NCBI GenBank assembly: GCA_963705545.1
Contig: CAVPJX010000002.1
Location: forward strand, 109,468-173,467
Source: an uncultured Actinomycetes bacterium
GTDB taxonomy: Bacteria; Actinomycetota; UBA4738; HRBIN12
DNA length: 64,000 bases
Direction: 5' to 3'
Part shown: positions 28,584 to 37,830 of the stretch, one piece after another
Numbering within the stretch: position 1 is the stretch's first letter
How the letters are laid out: each line of letters starts with the position of its first letter
Notes under the pieces: generated by a model
The model's database searches: none
Seen by the model: only the letters and a program-made list of their open reading frames with translations
Told to the model about the DNA's origin: nothing
Made by a program: the position numbers and the translations under genes

Positions 28584-29561
28584 GTGATCTCCGGACGCGT
28601 GTACCGGCACGGGACCCTCGAGCCCGACGCGGTCGAACCGGCCGCGGCCGCGACGTTCGCGGGTGACGGCGCCTGGTGCTGGTTCGACGTCGTGGACCCG
28701 ACCGTGGTCGACCTGCAAGCCCTCCAGCGGGAGCTCGGGCTGCATCCGCTCGCGGTCGAGGACGCTCGCCACCGGCAGCAACGCCCCAAGGTCGAGCTCT
28801 TCGACGACCACGCATTCGTGGTCATGCGGCCGCTGACGGTGTCGGCGTCGGGCGACGTCGCCGAGACGGAGGTCCACGCTTTCGTCTCGAGCACCTGGAT
28901 CGTCACGCTCCGGTTCACGCCGGTCTTCGATCTGGCTCCGGTGCTGCATCGCTGGTCGAACGGCGGATCGATCGGCGACGGGTCGACCGGGTTCGCGCTC
29001 TACGTCCTGATCGACGAGGCAGCCGACGGGTACCTGAACGTCGTGGAGACCCTCGAGGACCGGGCCGACGACCTCGAGGACCTGGTGTTCGGGCGCGAGG
29101 CGATCTACGGCCAGGAACAACGCACGATCCAGACGCGGATCCTCCGCCTGCGACGCGACGTCGTCCGGCTCCGCCGCTTCGCGATGCCCCTGCGTCAGGC
29201 GCTCGACCTGATCCACGAGGAGCCGTGGCTCGTGGGCTCCGATCTCGCGCCGTACTACCGTGACGTCTCGGAGCACCTCCTGCGCGCCGTGGAGCTGGCG
29301 GACAACGTGCGCGAGTCCCTCACGACGATCCTCGAGGTGCGGACGGCGCAGTCCGCCAACCAGCTCAACGAGACCACGAAGAAGCTCACGGCGTGGGCGG
29401 GGATCATCCTCGTGCCGACGCTGATCGCCGGGATCTACGGGATGAACTTCCGACACATGCCCGAGCTCTCCTGGCAGGTCGGGTATCCGCTGTCGCTCGG
29501 TCTGATGGCCGCGTCCGCCGTGATCCTGTACGCCGTGTTCAAACGGAACGACTGGCTGTAG
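28584..29561 (+). CDS. corA: magnesium/cobalt transporter CorA
   Basis: 325 aa from GTG. Signature ...LIAGIYGMNF... (GMN motif) and two C-terminal TM helices. Confidence 0.85.
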   Translation: MISGRVYRHGTLEPDAVEPAAAATFAGDGAWCWFDVVDPTVVDLQALQRELGLHPLAVEDARHRQQRPKVELFDDHAFVVMRPLTVSASGDVAETEVHAFVSSTWIVTLRFTPVFDLAPVLHRWSNGGSIGDGSTGFALYVLIDEAADGYLNVVETLEDRADDLEDLVFGREAIYGQEQRTIQTRILRLRRDVVRLRRFAMPLRQALDLIHEEPWLVGSDLAPYYRDVSEHLLRAVELADNVRESLTTILEVRTAQSANQLNETTKKLTAWAGIILVPTLIAGIYGMNFRHMPELSWQVGYPLSLGLMAASAVILYAVFKRNDWL

Positions 29562-29570
29562 GGGACCGCG

Positions 29571-29900
29571 ATGTGCCGGGCGGTGAAGGTCCTGTGCGTG
29601 GCCGAGGACGCCGACACCCTCGCAGCACTGCGCTCGGCGGCCGTCTCGGCCGAGTGGGAGCTGACGCCCGGGGCGACGATCGAGGCGGACGCCGTCGGCC
29701 TGCTGGACGCCGAGCGACCGCACGTGCTGGTCGCCTTCGGCGGATTCGATCGGCTGGTGGCGCTCGCCCGGGAGCGCTTCCCGGCGATGCGGATCGTCAC
29801 CGACCGAGACACGCCCGGGGCGACGGTCGTCGCGACCTCGATGGTCGAGGTCCGGGGGCGGATCCTGGGGACCCGCCCGGGCGGTCCGGTGCGGAGCTAG
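29571..29900 (+). CDS. hypothetical small protein, degenerate receiver-like (tentative)
   Basis: 109 aa. KVLCVAEDADTLAAL... resembles the start of a CheY-like fold but has no phospho-acceptor Asp (HVLVAFGGFD). Lies 10 nt after corA. Confidence 0.3.
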   Translation: MCRAVKVLCVAEDADTLAALRSAAVSAEWELTPGATIEADAVGLLDAERPHVLVAFGGFDRLVALARERFPAMRIVTDRDTPGATVVATSMVEVRGRILGTRPGGPVRS

Positions 29901-29907
29901 CTACCGA

Positions 29908-30459
29908 TCAGGTCCACGGGCCCCACCCGCCGTGGTGCACCATCTTCATCGTCACGATGATGTTGGCGCGGGCGTTGAAGGCGGACCAGCCGTGGAAACC
30001 GAACGTACTGGCCCGGCCGGGCCAGTAGGACAACAGGTGCTGGTAGATGCCGGCCGCCCCGGACGGGTTGTAGGCGCCGGGCTGGAAGTTGGACTCCCGG
30101 TCGGCGATGTAGAGCGCGGTTCCCGCCCCGCCGGGCACGGACCAGTGGCGGGCCGCGCAGCGGATCAGCTGTCGCACCTGCCAGGAGCCCTGGCGCCAGT
30201 CGTAATCGCAGATCTTGGCGGGGGTTCTCCCCGCCTCGTGGGGGACGGCCGCCTCGGCGATCGTCGCCGGAAGGGCCGTCAGGGTCAGGGTCAGGATGAG
30301 CGTCGCCAGGATCCGGCGACGCGATTCGATGACATGGGTCATGTGTTCGATCACCCCCGCGGTGATCCGGTGCTGGCGGCGCCGGGTCGTGCGACCGGCC
30401 GTGCGGCGGACCTCGCCGTGCCGATCGACCCGCGGTAGGTCGCGGGTGTGGTGCATCAC
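29908..30459 (-). CDS. secreted lytic transglycosylase-domain protein (SLT / Rpf-like)
   Basis: Strong SD (AGGAGGTG) before the ATG at 30459. A possible Tat/Sec signal (SRRRILATLILTLTLTALPATIAEA) is followed by ...YIADRESNFQPGAYNPSGAAGIYQHL... An alternative start is at 30342. Confidence 0.7.
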   Translation of the reverse strand: MMHHTRDLPRVDRHGEVRRTAGRTTRRRQHRITAGVIEHMTHVIESRRRILATLILTLTLTALPATIAEAAVPHEAGRTPAKICDYDWRQGSWQVRQLIRCAARHWSVPGGAGTALYIADRESNFQPGAYNPSGAAGIYQHLLSYWPGRASTFGFHGWSAFNARANIIVTMKMVHHGGWGPWT

Positions 30460-30795
30460 CTCCTATGGTCGGACAGCTCTCGTGTGACCTAGCGTCCGCG
30501 CCAACCCCCGGGCCCCTTCGACCCGCGCGCAGGCGTGCGCCAACCACCATGGGAAGGTGGGAGCGCAGCCAACTGCGCGGGAAGGTCCGAGCCGGGAGGC
30601 TCGTGCGGACCCGGCAACCCTAGACCGGGACTGGAGGTTCCGACAACTTGGGCGTGACCGCGGGTCACATCCCGCGGATGGGGGAGGCCGCCCGGCCGAC
30701 AGCGCGATGACCACCCGGCGGGTGTCGACGAGCGAGCGCGGCGGCTTCCACGATCGGCCCGAGGGAGAGGCACGACCGGCGGCTACCATGGCCTC

Positions 30796-31761
30796 GTGGG
30801 CAAGCGGGTCCTTCTGGCGGCGCCGCGCGGCTACTGCGCAGGCGTCGAGCGCGCGGTGGACGCGGTCGAGCATGCGCTCGAGGCTCACGGGCCCCCGGTC
30901 TACGTCCGCAAGCAGATCGTCCACAACCTCCACGTCGTGCGCGACCTCGAGGCGCAGGGCGCGGTCTTCGTGGAGTCGGAGACGGAGGTCCCCGAGGGTG
31001 CGGTGGTCGTCCTGTCGGCGCACGGGGTCGCGCCCGACGTGTACGCGAACGCCTCGGCGCGCGAGCTCGAGGTGATCGACGCGACGTGTCCCCTGGTGAC
31101 GAAGGTTCACTTCGAGGCCAGGCGGTTCGCGGAAGAGGACCGTACGATCGTGCTGATCGGGCACGCGGGGCACGAGGAGGTCGTCGGCACGACCGGCCAG
31201 GCTCCCGCTCGGACGATCCTCGTCCAGAGCGTCCACGAGGCGCGGACGATCCAGATCGCCGACCCCGACAACCTGGCGTACCTGACCCAGACCACCCTCT
31301 CGGTCGACGAGACGGACGCGATCCTCGCGATCCTCCGCGACCGGTTCCCGGCGATCGCCGGACCCCCGCGCGAGGACATCTGCTACGCCACCCAGAACCG
31401 CCAGGACGCCGTCAAGGCGATCGCTCCGGGCGCGGACGTCGTCCTGGTGATCGGCTCGACGAACTCCTCCAACTCGAACCGGCTGGCCGAGGTGTCGCGG
31501 GAGCTCGGAACCCCGGCCTACCTCGTGGACGACGAGGACCAGGTGGATCCCGTCTGGCTCGATGGGGCCGCGACGGTCGGACTCACGAGTGGCGCCAGCG
31601 CGCCCGATCACCTCGTCTCCCGGATGCTGGACTGGCTCGCGCATCGCGGATTCGACGAGGTCGAGCAGGTCCGGGTGGCGGAAGAAGGTGTCCGCTTCTC
31701 GCTGCCGGCGGGTGTGCGTCGGCGTCCGAACGCAGAGGCTCAGGTCCAGGCCGAGAACTGA
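30796..31761 (+). CDS. ispH: 4-hydroxy-3-methylbut-2-enyl diphosphate reductase
   Basis: 321 aa with a GTG start. ...LLAAPRGYCAGVERAV... HNLHVVRDL ... TCPLVTKVH ... are the IspH/LytB motifs. Confidence 0.9.
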   Translation: MGKRVLLAAPRGYCAGVERAVDAVEHALEAHGPPVYVRKQIVHNLHVVRDLEAQGAVFVESETEVPEGAVVVLSAHGVAPDVYANASARELEVIDATCPLVTKVHFEARRFAEEDRTIVLIGHAGHEEVVGTTGQAPARTILVQSVHEARTIQIADPDNLAYLTQTTLSVDETDAILAILRDRFPAIAGPPREDICYATQNRQDAVKAIAPGADVVLVIGSTNSSNSNRLAEVSRELGTPAYLVDDEDQVDPVWLDGAATVGLTSGASAPDHLVSRMLDWLAHRGFDEVEQVRVAEEGVRFSLPAGVRRRPNAEAQVQAEN

Positions 31762-32291
31762 TCGCGGTCTTCCTCGGGCTCCTCGTACGCGACCGACACG
31801 AGGGTCGACGTCGACCGTACCCCCGGGAGCGCCTGGATCCCCTCGAGGATCGTTCCGCTCGCGACCTCCCACGGCTGTGCGACGCAGGCGAGCAGGTCGA
31901 ACGCTCCAGCCGTGACGGCGACGCCCGAGACGTCCTCGAGCTCCGAGAGCCGTTCCGCGATCCCCGGAGCCGCGCCGGGATCGGCCTGGATGTGGACGTA
32001 GCACGCGGAAGCGATCAGGGCGGGCGGCGTGGGCGCCCCGAACCCGCCGGGCGCGAGCAGGTCCGGTGGGACGACCGGAACGGTGAGCGTCCGCTGAACG
32101 CCCTCGACCAGGTGCACGCGCGCCAGCACCGCGGTCGCGATCTGCTCGAGGTCGGCCCCCTCGACGATCGCGAGCACGTCCCACGCCCCGACCACGACGA
32201 CGGCCCGTCGCACGCCCGCGAGGGTCGGCAGGGTCGTCGCTACGCGCGCCGTCGTGCCGGGCTGCGTCCGCAGGTAGACGTAGGCGTCCAC
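31740..32291 (-). CDS. tandem Lrp/AsnC-type ligand-binding (RAM) domain protein without an HTH
   Basis: Two repeats of about 80 aa (VDAYVYLRTQPG...VVVVGAWDVLAIVEGADLEQIAT... and CYVHIQADPG...AVTAGAFDLLACVAQPWE...). The GTG start at 32291 is 1 nt after the upstream stop. An alternative ATG is at 32387. Confidence 0.55.
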   Translation of the reverse strand: MDAYVYLRTQPGTTARVATTLPTLAGVRRAVVVVGAWDVLAIVEGADLEQIATAVLARVHLVEGVQRTLTVPVVPPDLLAPGGFGAPTPPALIASACYVHIQADPGAAPGIAERLSELEDVSGVAVTAGAFDLLACVAQPWEVASGTILEGIQALPGVRSTSTLVSVAYEEPEEDRDQFSAWT

Positions 32292-32292
32292 G

Positions 32293-33486
32293 TCAGCTCT
32301 CGACCAGCACCGGCTGGGGTCCGCACAGATCCTCCAGCTCCTCGGAGCCCTCCTCCGGACCCACCGAGATGATCCGGTCGCCCGCAACGAGCGTGAACCC
32401 CGCGCGCGGCCGGTAGATCCAGCGCGTGCCGCGCTGCACGGCGAGGACGAACATCCCGGTCTCGGTCTCGACGCGGAGCTCCTTGAGCGATCGCCCGTCG
32501 GCCGGCGCGCCCGGGGCGACGATCGTCTCGGCGAAGGTCTCCTCGGTCTCCTCGAGCGCCATCTGCACCACGGGATGCAGCGGTTCCCCGTGCTCGACGT
32601 ACCAGGTCATGTCCCGCGCCGAGTCGCACATCGCCTCGCTCGCGCCGGCCAGGCGGAGCAGCCCACGGAGCTCGTCGGGGTTGCGGGCCTCGGGCGCCGC
32701 GCGGAGCACCCACGACTCGAGCTCGTCGTGGAGGATGTCGCTTCGCGCCTCGAGCGCTCCGACCTCGGCCGCGAGCGCGCGGTTGTTGAACAGGAGCGAG
32801 GAGTATGCGAGCCCGACGGTCGCCTCGGCGAGGTCCTTCAGCTCGACGAGGATGTCGACGGCACGGTCGAGCTCCGACAGGGGCGGCGCGTCCTCGTCGT
32901 CCGGCTCCGCCAGCCGTTTCGCGCCGGCGAGCTCCCGGACCAGGTTCACCCCTTCCTCGGGTCCGCGGACGAGCAGCACATCCCCTTCCGACACGGCGTC
33001 GTCGGGGCCCGGATCGAACTCCCAATCCATGCCGCTGCGGATCGCCATCACCCACATCCCGGTCTCGGTCGGCAACGACAGGTCGCGCAGGGCGCGCCCG
33101 GCCATCGGCGCGTCGGGTTGGACCTTGACGCGCGCCGTCATCTCATCGGCGTGGCGGAGGTCCGGTCGCAGGGCGTCCGGGATCCCGAGCCGGGCCGCGA
33201 CCACGCGGGCGATGTCGCTCGCGGCGTCGCCGATCCGCTCGATCGCGTCCGCGATCCACAGGACGCCGGCCATCCCCTCGGCATCCTCGGGGCTGCGAGC
33301 CGCGAGCATCGCCATCATGCGCAGGCGCCGGAGGTGGTCGTTCATGCGGAGCTCGAGCCGTTCGACCTCCCGGGCGAGCTTCTCCTCGTTGAAGAAGACC
33401 GCGGCGTAGGCCAGGTCGACCATCAGCTCCGACGCGTCCTTCAGCTCGACCAGGAGCTCTTTGACGTTCTTCGGTTCGTCATCCAT
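32293..33486 (-). CDS. cytoplasmic regulator with two [PhoU-like + RCK_C/TrkA-C] repeats
   Basis: 397 aa. PhoU-like helices (DLAYAAVFFNEEKLAREVERLE; GLAYSSLLFNNRALAAEVGALE) are each followed by RCK_C (TGMWVMAIRSGMDWEFDPGPDDAVSEGDVLLVRGPEEG; TGMFVLAVQRGTRWIYRPRAGFTLVAGDRIISVGPEEG). Confidence 0.7.
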   Translation of the reverse strand: MDDEPKNVKELLVELKDASELMVDLAYAAVFFNEEKLAREVERLELRMNDHLRRLRMMAMLAARSPEDAEGMAGVLWIADAIERIGDAASDIARVVAARLGIPDALRPDLRHADEMTARVKVQPDAPMAGRALRDLSLPTETGMWVMAIRSGMDWEFDPGPDDAVSEGDVLLVRGPEEGVNLVRELAGAKRLAEPDDEDAPPLSELDRAVDILVELKDLAEATVGLAYSSLLFNNRALAAEVGALEARSDILHDELESWVLRAAPEARNPDELRGLLRLAGASEAMCDSARDMTWYVEHGEPLHPVVQMALEETEETFAETIVAPGAPADGRSLKELRVETETGMFVLAVQRGTRWIYRPRAGFTLVAGDRIISVGPEEGSEELEDLCGPQPVLVES

Positions 33487-34714
33487 GGGGCAGCACTCCC
33501 GATAGTGTCATAACGAACAGGACGCAGGCGACCCCGGCCAGGTCCAACACGCTCGTGATGATGGGCACCGTGTGGTTGTCGGGGTCCAGGCCGAACCGGT
33601 ACGTGACGATCGCCAGGTAGTAGCCGGCGAGCAGGGTGATCGGCGTGACGAGGAGCCCCGCGACCACGGTCGCCCCGACCACGGTCCATGGGTCCGTGGG
33701 CGCGTCCCCCGTGAGCGCCGACAAGCCGACCGCGACGGCGCCGATCAGGGTGAAGACGCCGACCGCCATCACGACAACGAGCGCCCCGTCGACGACCGCG
33801 GGGGTTTCCGGCCGCCCGCGCGGCGTGATCACACCGATCTGGAGCTTCGACGAGGTCCGCGAGGCGAAGATCCCGCCGAGGGCACCGGCCTGGGAGACGA
33901 AGGGCGGGATCATGACCAGCACGGCCGGCACGGCGAGGAGCTCACCGAGACGGGCCTCCTGGAGCGCGCCGGCGAAGATGTCGAGCACCGGCGTCAGCAG
34001 GATGACCGCGGTCATCTCGAGCACGATGCGCCGGACCACCCGATCGTCCACGGCGTAGGCGCGGATCGTCGCGTAGACGCCGGCCACCAGGCAGAGCCCG
34101 GACGCGATCGCGTTGACGGTCGGGTCGCGGACCAGGAACGTCGCCAGGTATAGCGTCGGCAGGGTCGCCATGTCGCCGAGCGCCGTCACCATGGGGGTCG
34201 CGACCGAGTCGAGGTCCCAGCCTCGTCGGTACGACAGGACCGAGAACCCGACGGTCACGAGCAGGATCAGCACGGATCCCAGCGCCCCGCCGACCACCGA
34301 GATCGTGATCAGGCTCCAGATCGAGATCGACGGCGCACCGAACGCGGCTGCCACCGTGCGCGCCAGGATCGCCAGCCACAGGGACGAGGCGAACGTGGTG
34401 ACGATCGCCACGTAGACGTTGCGGTACAGCACGCCGTCGCGCTGCCGCGAAACCTCGAAGGTCCCTGCCGCGTTCGTGGTCCCGAACCGGGCCCCGATCG
34501 CGCCGAAGATCGTTCCGCGCATCCCGACCGCGGCCGGGACCAGGATGAGGAGGCCGGGGAGCTCGCGGAGGGTGTCGCCGATCCCGGCGAGCGTCAGGCC
34601 GGCGACGAAGCCGGCGACCGTCGAGAGGACGAGCGCGACCAAGCCCTGCCGGAGCGTCCGACGCTCGGCATGCAGGGAGCGGTACCACCGCGGGGCACGG
34701 CGGGCGAGGGCCAT
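33479..34714 (-). CDS. membrane protein with two MgtE-type transmembrane (divalent cation transporter) repeats and no CBS/N-domain
   Basis: 411 aa, about 10 TM helices. MgtE-TM-like motifs appear twice (SVATPMVTALGDMATLPTLYLATFLV; PPFVSQAGALGGIFASR...HTVPIITSVLDLAGVACVLFVM). The stop overlaps the start of the PhoU-RCK gene. Confidence 0.65.
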   Translation of the reverse strand: MALARRAPRWYRSLHAERRTLRQGLVALVLSTVAGFVAGLTLAGIGDTLRELPGLLILVPAAVGMRGTIFGAIGARFGTTNAAGTFEVSRQRDGVLYRNVYVAIVTTFASSLWLAILARTVAAAFGAPSISIWSLITISVVGGALGSVLILLVTVGFSVLSYRRGWDLDSVATPMVTALGDMATLPTLYLATFLVRDPTVNAIASGLCLVAGVYATIRAYAVDDRVVRRIVLEMTAVILLTPVLDIFAGALQEARLGELLAVPAVLVMIPPFVSQAGALGGIFASRTSSKLQIGVITPRGRPETPAVVDGALVVVMAVGVFTLIGAVAVGLSALTGDAPTDPWTVVGATVVAGLLVTPITLLAGYYLAIVTYRFGLDPDNHTVPIITSVLDLAGVACVLFVMTLSGVLPHG

Positions 34715-34868
34715 AACGGAACGCTCACGGGTCGCATCCTTCCGGTCCGAGCGGCGCGACGGAACGGAGGCCGCTCATCAGGGGTGGGCCGAAGGCCCGA
34801 GACAGTATGCGCCCCAACGCCGGCGGGCACAAGACGCGCGCCGCCGCCCGGGTGGAACCCGGCGGCCC

Positions 34869-35786
34869 TCACGCGACCCAGTCGCGGGTCACGAACAACC
34901 AGAAGGCGAGGCCGGCGTGTTCGCCGTACCGGCGGAATCGCCGGGCGATCGCGGCGTCCGCGACGCTCCGCCGGCCCACGAGCCGCGCGTAGGTCGGCCG
35001 GGTCCACGAATCGAGGATCAGCCTCGAGGTCCGACCGAGGGTCATCATGATGTGGGCGGCCGCGTAAGGGCCCACGCCGGGGAGCTCGAGCAGGGTCTGC
35101 TCGAGCTCGTCGTCGGGCAGGTCTTCGGGGGTCGCGCGCTCGAGGCCCTCCAGGTCGAGCGTCCCCGCCGCGACCGAGCGGGCGAGCGCGATGAGGTACG
35201 GCCCGCGATAGCCCGCGCGGACGATCTCCCGGTAGAGGGCCTCCGGCGCCGCGGCCATCGCCTCCGGCGTCGGGAACGCGTTCGCGAGCGGCCCCGCGTC
35301 CCCGGCGGCCGGCGACCCCAGGTGCTCGACGAGGGCACCGACCATCCGCACGGTCGCGCTCCACGCGCAGTTCGTCGTACAGATCGTCTTCACGACGTCC
35401 TCGAAGACCGACGGGCTCTGCAGCATCCGTCCGGCTCCCGTCGCGGCCCAAGCGAGGTCCGGATCGTCGGCGACCTTCGCGTAGAAGCCCGAGAGATCCT
35501 GGTCGAGGCGGAGGACCTTCGCGATCCCGGCTTCGACGTCGGCGCGGACGCGGGGCCCGGCGGGGGGTCCGAGGATCTCCACGGCGGCGTTCTGCCGGCT
35601 GCCCTCCGCGATCCGCACCCGCCGCGGGCGCCCGCCCCGGACCGGCAGGGTCACCGCGAGCGAGCGCGCCTGTTCGTCCAGCGACGTCGGCGGGAGCTCG
35701 GCGAAGCCATGGGAGTTCAGCGTGCGCCACAGGTCGACCGGCTCGCCGCCGGGGCCGCGGAGCGGGACCTCGATCGTCGTGGGCAC
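34869..35786 (-). CDS. alkA: DNA-3-methyladenine glycosylase II family (HhH-GPD)
   Basis: 305 aa. HhH-GPD signature ...LLELPGVGPYAAAHIMMTLGR... Confidence 0.75.
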   Translation of the reverse strand: MPTTIEVPLRGPGGEPVDLWRTLNSHGFAELPPTSLDEQARSLAVTLPVRGGRPRRVRIAEGSRQNAAVEILGPPAGPRVRADVEAGIAKVLRLDQDLSGFYAKVADDPDLAWAATGAGRMLQSPSVFEDVVKTICTTNCAWSATVRMVGALVEHLGSPAAGDAGPLANAFPTPEAMAAAPEALYREIVRAGYRGPYLIALARSVAAGTLDLEGLERATPEDLPDDELEQTLLELPGVGPYAAAHIMMTLGRTSRLILDSWTRPTYARLVGRRSVADAAIARRFRRYGEHAGLAFWLFVTRDWVA

Positions 35787-35857
35787 GCGTTCCTCCTCAC
35801 CGTCGCGGGTCGAGCCCGATCCTCGTCCACCGCAGCCGATCGGGGCGACTCAAGGCC

Positions 35858-37564
35858 GTGGCCTGGGAAGACGATGCCTCGGGGGTACCGGCGAAGACAA
35901 GCCCTCGGGCCCCTCCGGGAAGGGCAAGGCACGTGACGACGAACCTCGAAGCGCTCGCCCGAGGCCTCCGATCGATGGGTCGTCGAGGCCTGGTGCTGCT
36001 GTTCGCGCTCCTGGCGGCCCCCGCCGTGGTCCTGTGGATCGGCCGCTCGTTCCCCGCCCTCGATCCGGTCTACGAGTCCATCCGGTTCCACCTGATCGTG
36101 GTGAGCGCGATCGCCGCGTTCGCCCTGCTGGTCGCCCTCGCGACCGCGTTGTTCGCCGCGCAGGATGGTCGCGCCGCGCCCGTCCTGCTGGCGCTCGGGT
36201 GTGTGTGCGTGGGGTTCATGATGCTCGGCCACGGCCTCACCACGCCGGGGATCCTCGATCGTCCGCTGAACCTCTGGGTCGCCCGCCTGCCGGTCTTGGC
36301 GCTCGCGGGCTTCGCGCTGTGCCTCACCGTCGCGGTGCGCGACGAGGGGCTCGCGGCCCGGGTCGTCACGGCCGCCCCGCGAGCGTCGCTGCTCGTGCCG
36401 ACGGCCGTGCTCGGCCTGGGCACCGCGGCGATCGTGGTCGACCCGACGATCGCCCACGGTGCGGCGCCGATCCCGGGCGAGGAGACGATCCGCCTCGTGC
36501 TGCTCGGCGTGAGCGCCCTCGCCCTGCTGACCGTCGGGGCGATCCACTGGCGCCGTTGGGGACTCGGGCGCGACCGGATCCACCTGGCGCTCGTCCTCGC
36601 CTCGTGGCTCGCGATGGCCGCGCTGCTGTCGCTGCAGTTCGGGACGTTCTGGCGTCTCAGCTGGTGGGACTACCACGTGTACCTGCTGGCCGGTTTCGCG
36701 GCCGCCGCGTGGGCGGTCGTGGCCGGCTTCCGCGGCTCGCGGAGCCTGGCGGACGCCGTCGGCGGGATCACCGTGCGCGACCCGATGGAGCAGGTCGCGC
36801 AGCGGCACCCCGAGGCCCTCCATGCGTTGATCGGCGCGGTCGAAGCCAAGGACCCGTATACCCACGGCCACTCGGTGCGGGTTGCGGAGGTCTCCGCTCG
36901 GATCGGGCTGCGGCTCGCGCTGCCTCCCGAGACGATGCGCGGCCTGCACCAGGGGGCGTTCTTGCACGACGTCGGGAAGATCAGCGTGCCCGACCGGGTG
37001 TTGAACAAGGCCGGGGACCTGTCCGCAGAGGAGTGGACGATGATCGAACGGCATCCCGAGGTCGGATGGGATCTCGTCAGCCGGGCCGAGTCCCTCCGCG
37101 GTGCGCTCTCGGCGATCCGCCATCACCACGAGCGCTGGGATGGGACCGGCTACCCCGACCGCCTGGCTGGCGCCGACATCCCCCAGCAGGGGCGGATCGT
37201 GGCGGTGGCCGACGTGTGGGACGCTCTGACCTCCGATCGTGCCTATCGTCCCGCGTGGGAGGTGGATCGCGCCGTGTCCCACATCGCCGCCGCGAGCGGC
37301 AGCCTGTTCGACCCGGAGGCGGTCGAGGCGTTCCTCGACGTCGTGGCCGACCTGGGCCTGTGGCCGGAGAAGACGCGGGCGGACCTGGCGGCCCTCCTGG
37401 ATGCCTCGGCCGGCTGCCACGTCGAGGACCGTCGCGCGCGTCAGCAGGCCGCGAACGCCGGGCCCGGAGGGGGAGCGGTCGACCCGAGCGCTCCGCAACC
37501 ACCGCCCGGCCCGGACGGCGAGGTCGCGCCGGTCCACTCGACCGCGACCGACCGATCGACGTGA
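35858..37564 (+). CDS. membrane-anchored HD-GYP domain phosphodiesterase
   Basis: 568 aa from GTG. About 7 TM helices, then HD-GYP (HGHSVRVAEVSARIG...HDVGKISVPD...IRHHHERWDGTGYP...VADVWDALTSDRAYRP). Confidence 0.8.
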   Translation: MAWEDDASGVPAKTSPRAPPGRARHVTTNLEALARGLRSMGRRGLVLLFALLAAPAVVLWIGRSFPALDPVYESIRFHLIVVSAIAAFALLVALATALFAAQDGRAAPVLLALGCVCVGFMMLGHGLTTPGILDRPLNLWVARLPVLALAGFALCLTVAVRDEGLAARVVTAAPRASLLVPTAVLGLGTAAIVVDPTIAHGAAPIPGEETIRLVLLGVSALALLTVGAIHWRRWGLGRDRIHLALVLASWLAMAALLSLQFGTFWRLSWWDYHVYLLAGFAAAAWAVVAGFRGSRSLADAVGGITVRDPMEQVAQRHPEALHALIGAVEAKDPYTHGHSVRVAEVSARIGLRLALPPETMRGLHQGAFLHDVGKISVPDRVLNKAGDLSAEEWTMIERHPEVGWDLVSRAESLRGALSAIRHHHERWDGTGYPDRLAGADIPQQGRIVAVADVWDALTSDRAYRPAWEVDRAVSHIAAASGSLFDPEAVEAFLDVVADLGLWPEKTRADLAALLDASAGCHVEDRRARQQAANAGPGGGAVDPSAPQPPPGPDGEVAPVHSTATDRST

Positions 37565-37821
37565 TCGAGGTCACCCCTCGCGCGCGTGAGGTCCTCGCTC
37601 GGGCGTCGGCGTCCGCGCGCCGCTTCGATCCCGAGGCTCGGATCCGGATCGTGCGCGACGGCGCGGGCATCCGTTCCGGGTTCGCGCACGGGCCGGAGGC
37701 GGGCGACCGCGTGTTCGAGGAAGACGACCTGATCGTCTTCGTCGAGGCCGGCCTCTCCGGCGTGGTCGATGTCACGGAGTCGCACGACCAGCTCGTCCTT
37801 CGGCCGGGGGACGACGGCTAG
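37561..37821 (+). CDS. hypothetical small protein
   Basis: 86 aa. The GTG overlaps the HD-GYP stop (GTGA). VIEVTPRAREVLARA...IRIVRDGAGIRSGFAHG...DLIVFVEAGLSGVVDVTE. No family recognised with confidence. Confidence 0.3.
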   Translation: MIEVTPRAREVLARASASARRFDPEARIRIVRDGAGIRSGFAHGPEAGDRVFEEDDLIVFVEAGLSGVVDVTESHDQLVLRPGDDG

Positions 37822-37830
37822 ACTCCGACC

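Noticed and set aside
30460-30650. Possible ydaO (c-di-AMP) riboswitch in the leader of the Rpf-like transglycosylase
   Set aside because: I could not find the conserved ydaO core motifs by eye on the minus strand. Kept only as a low-priority check under findings.
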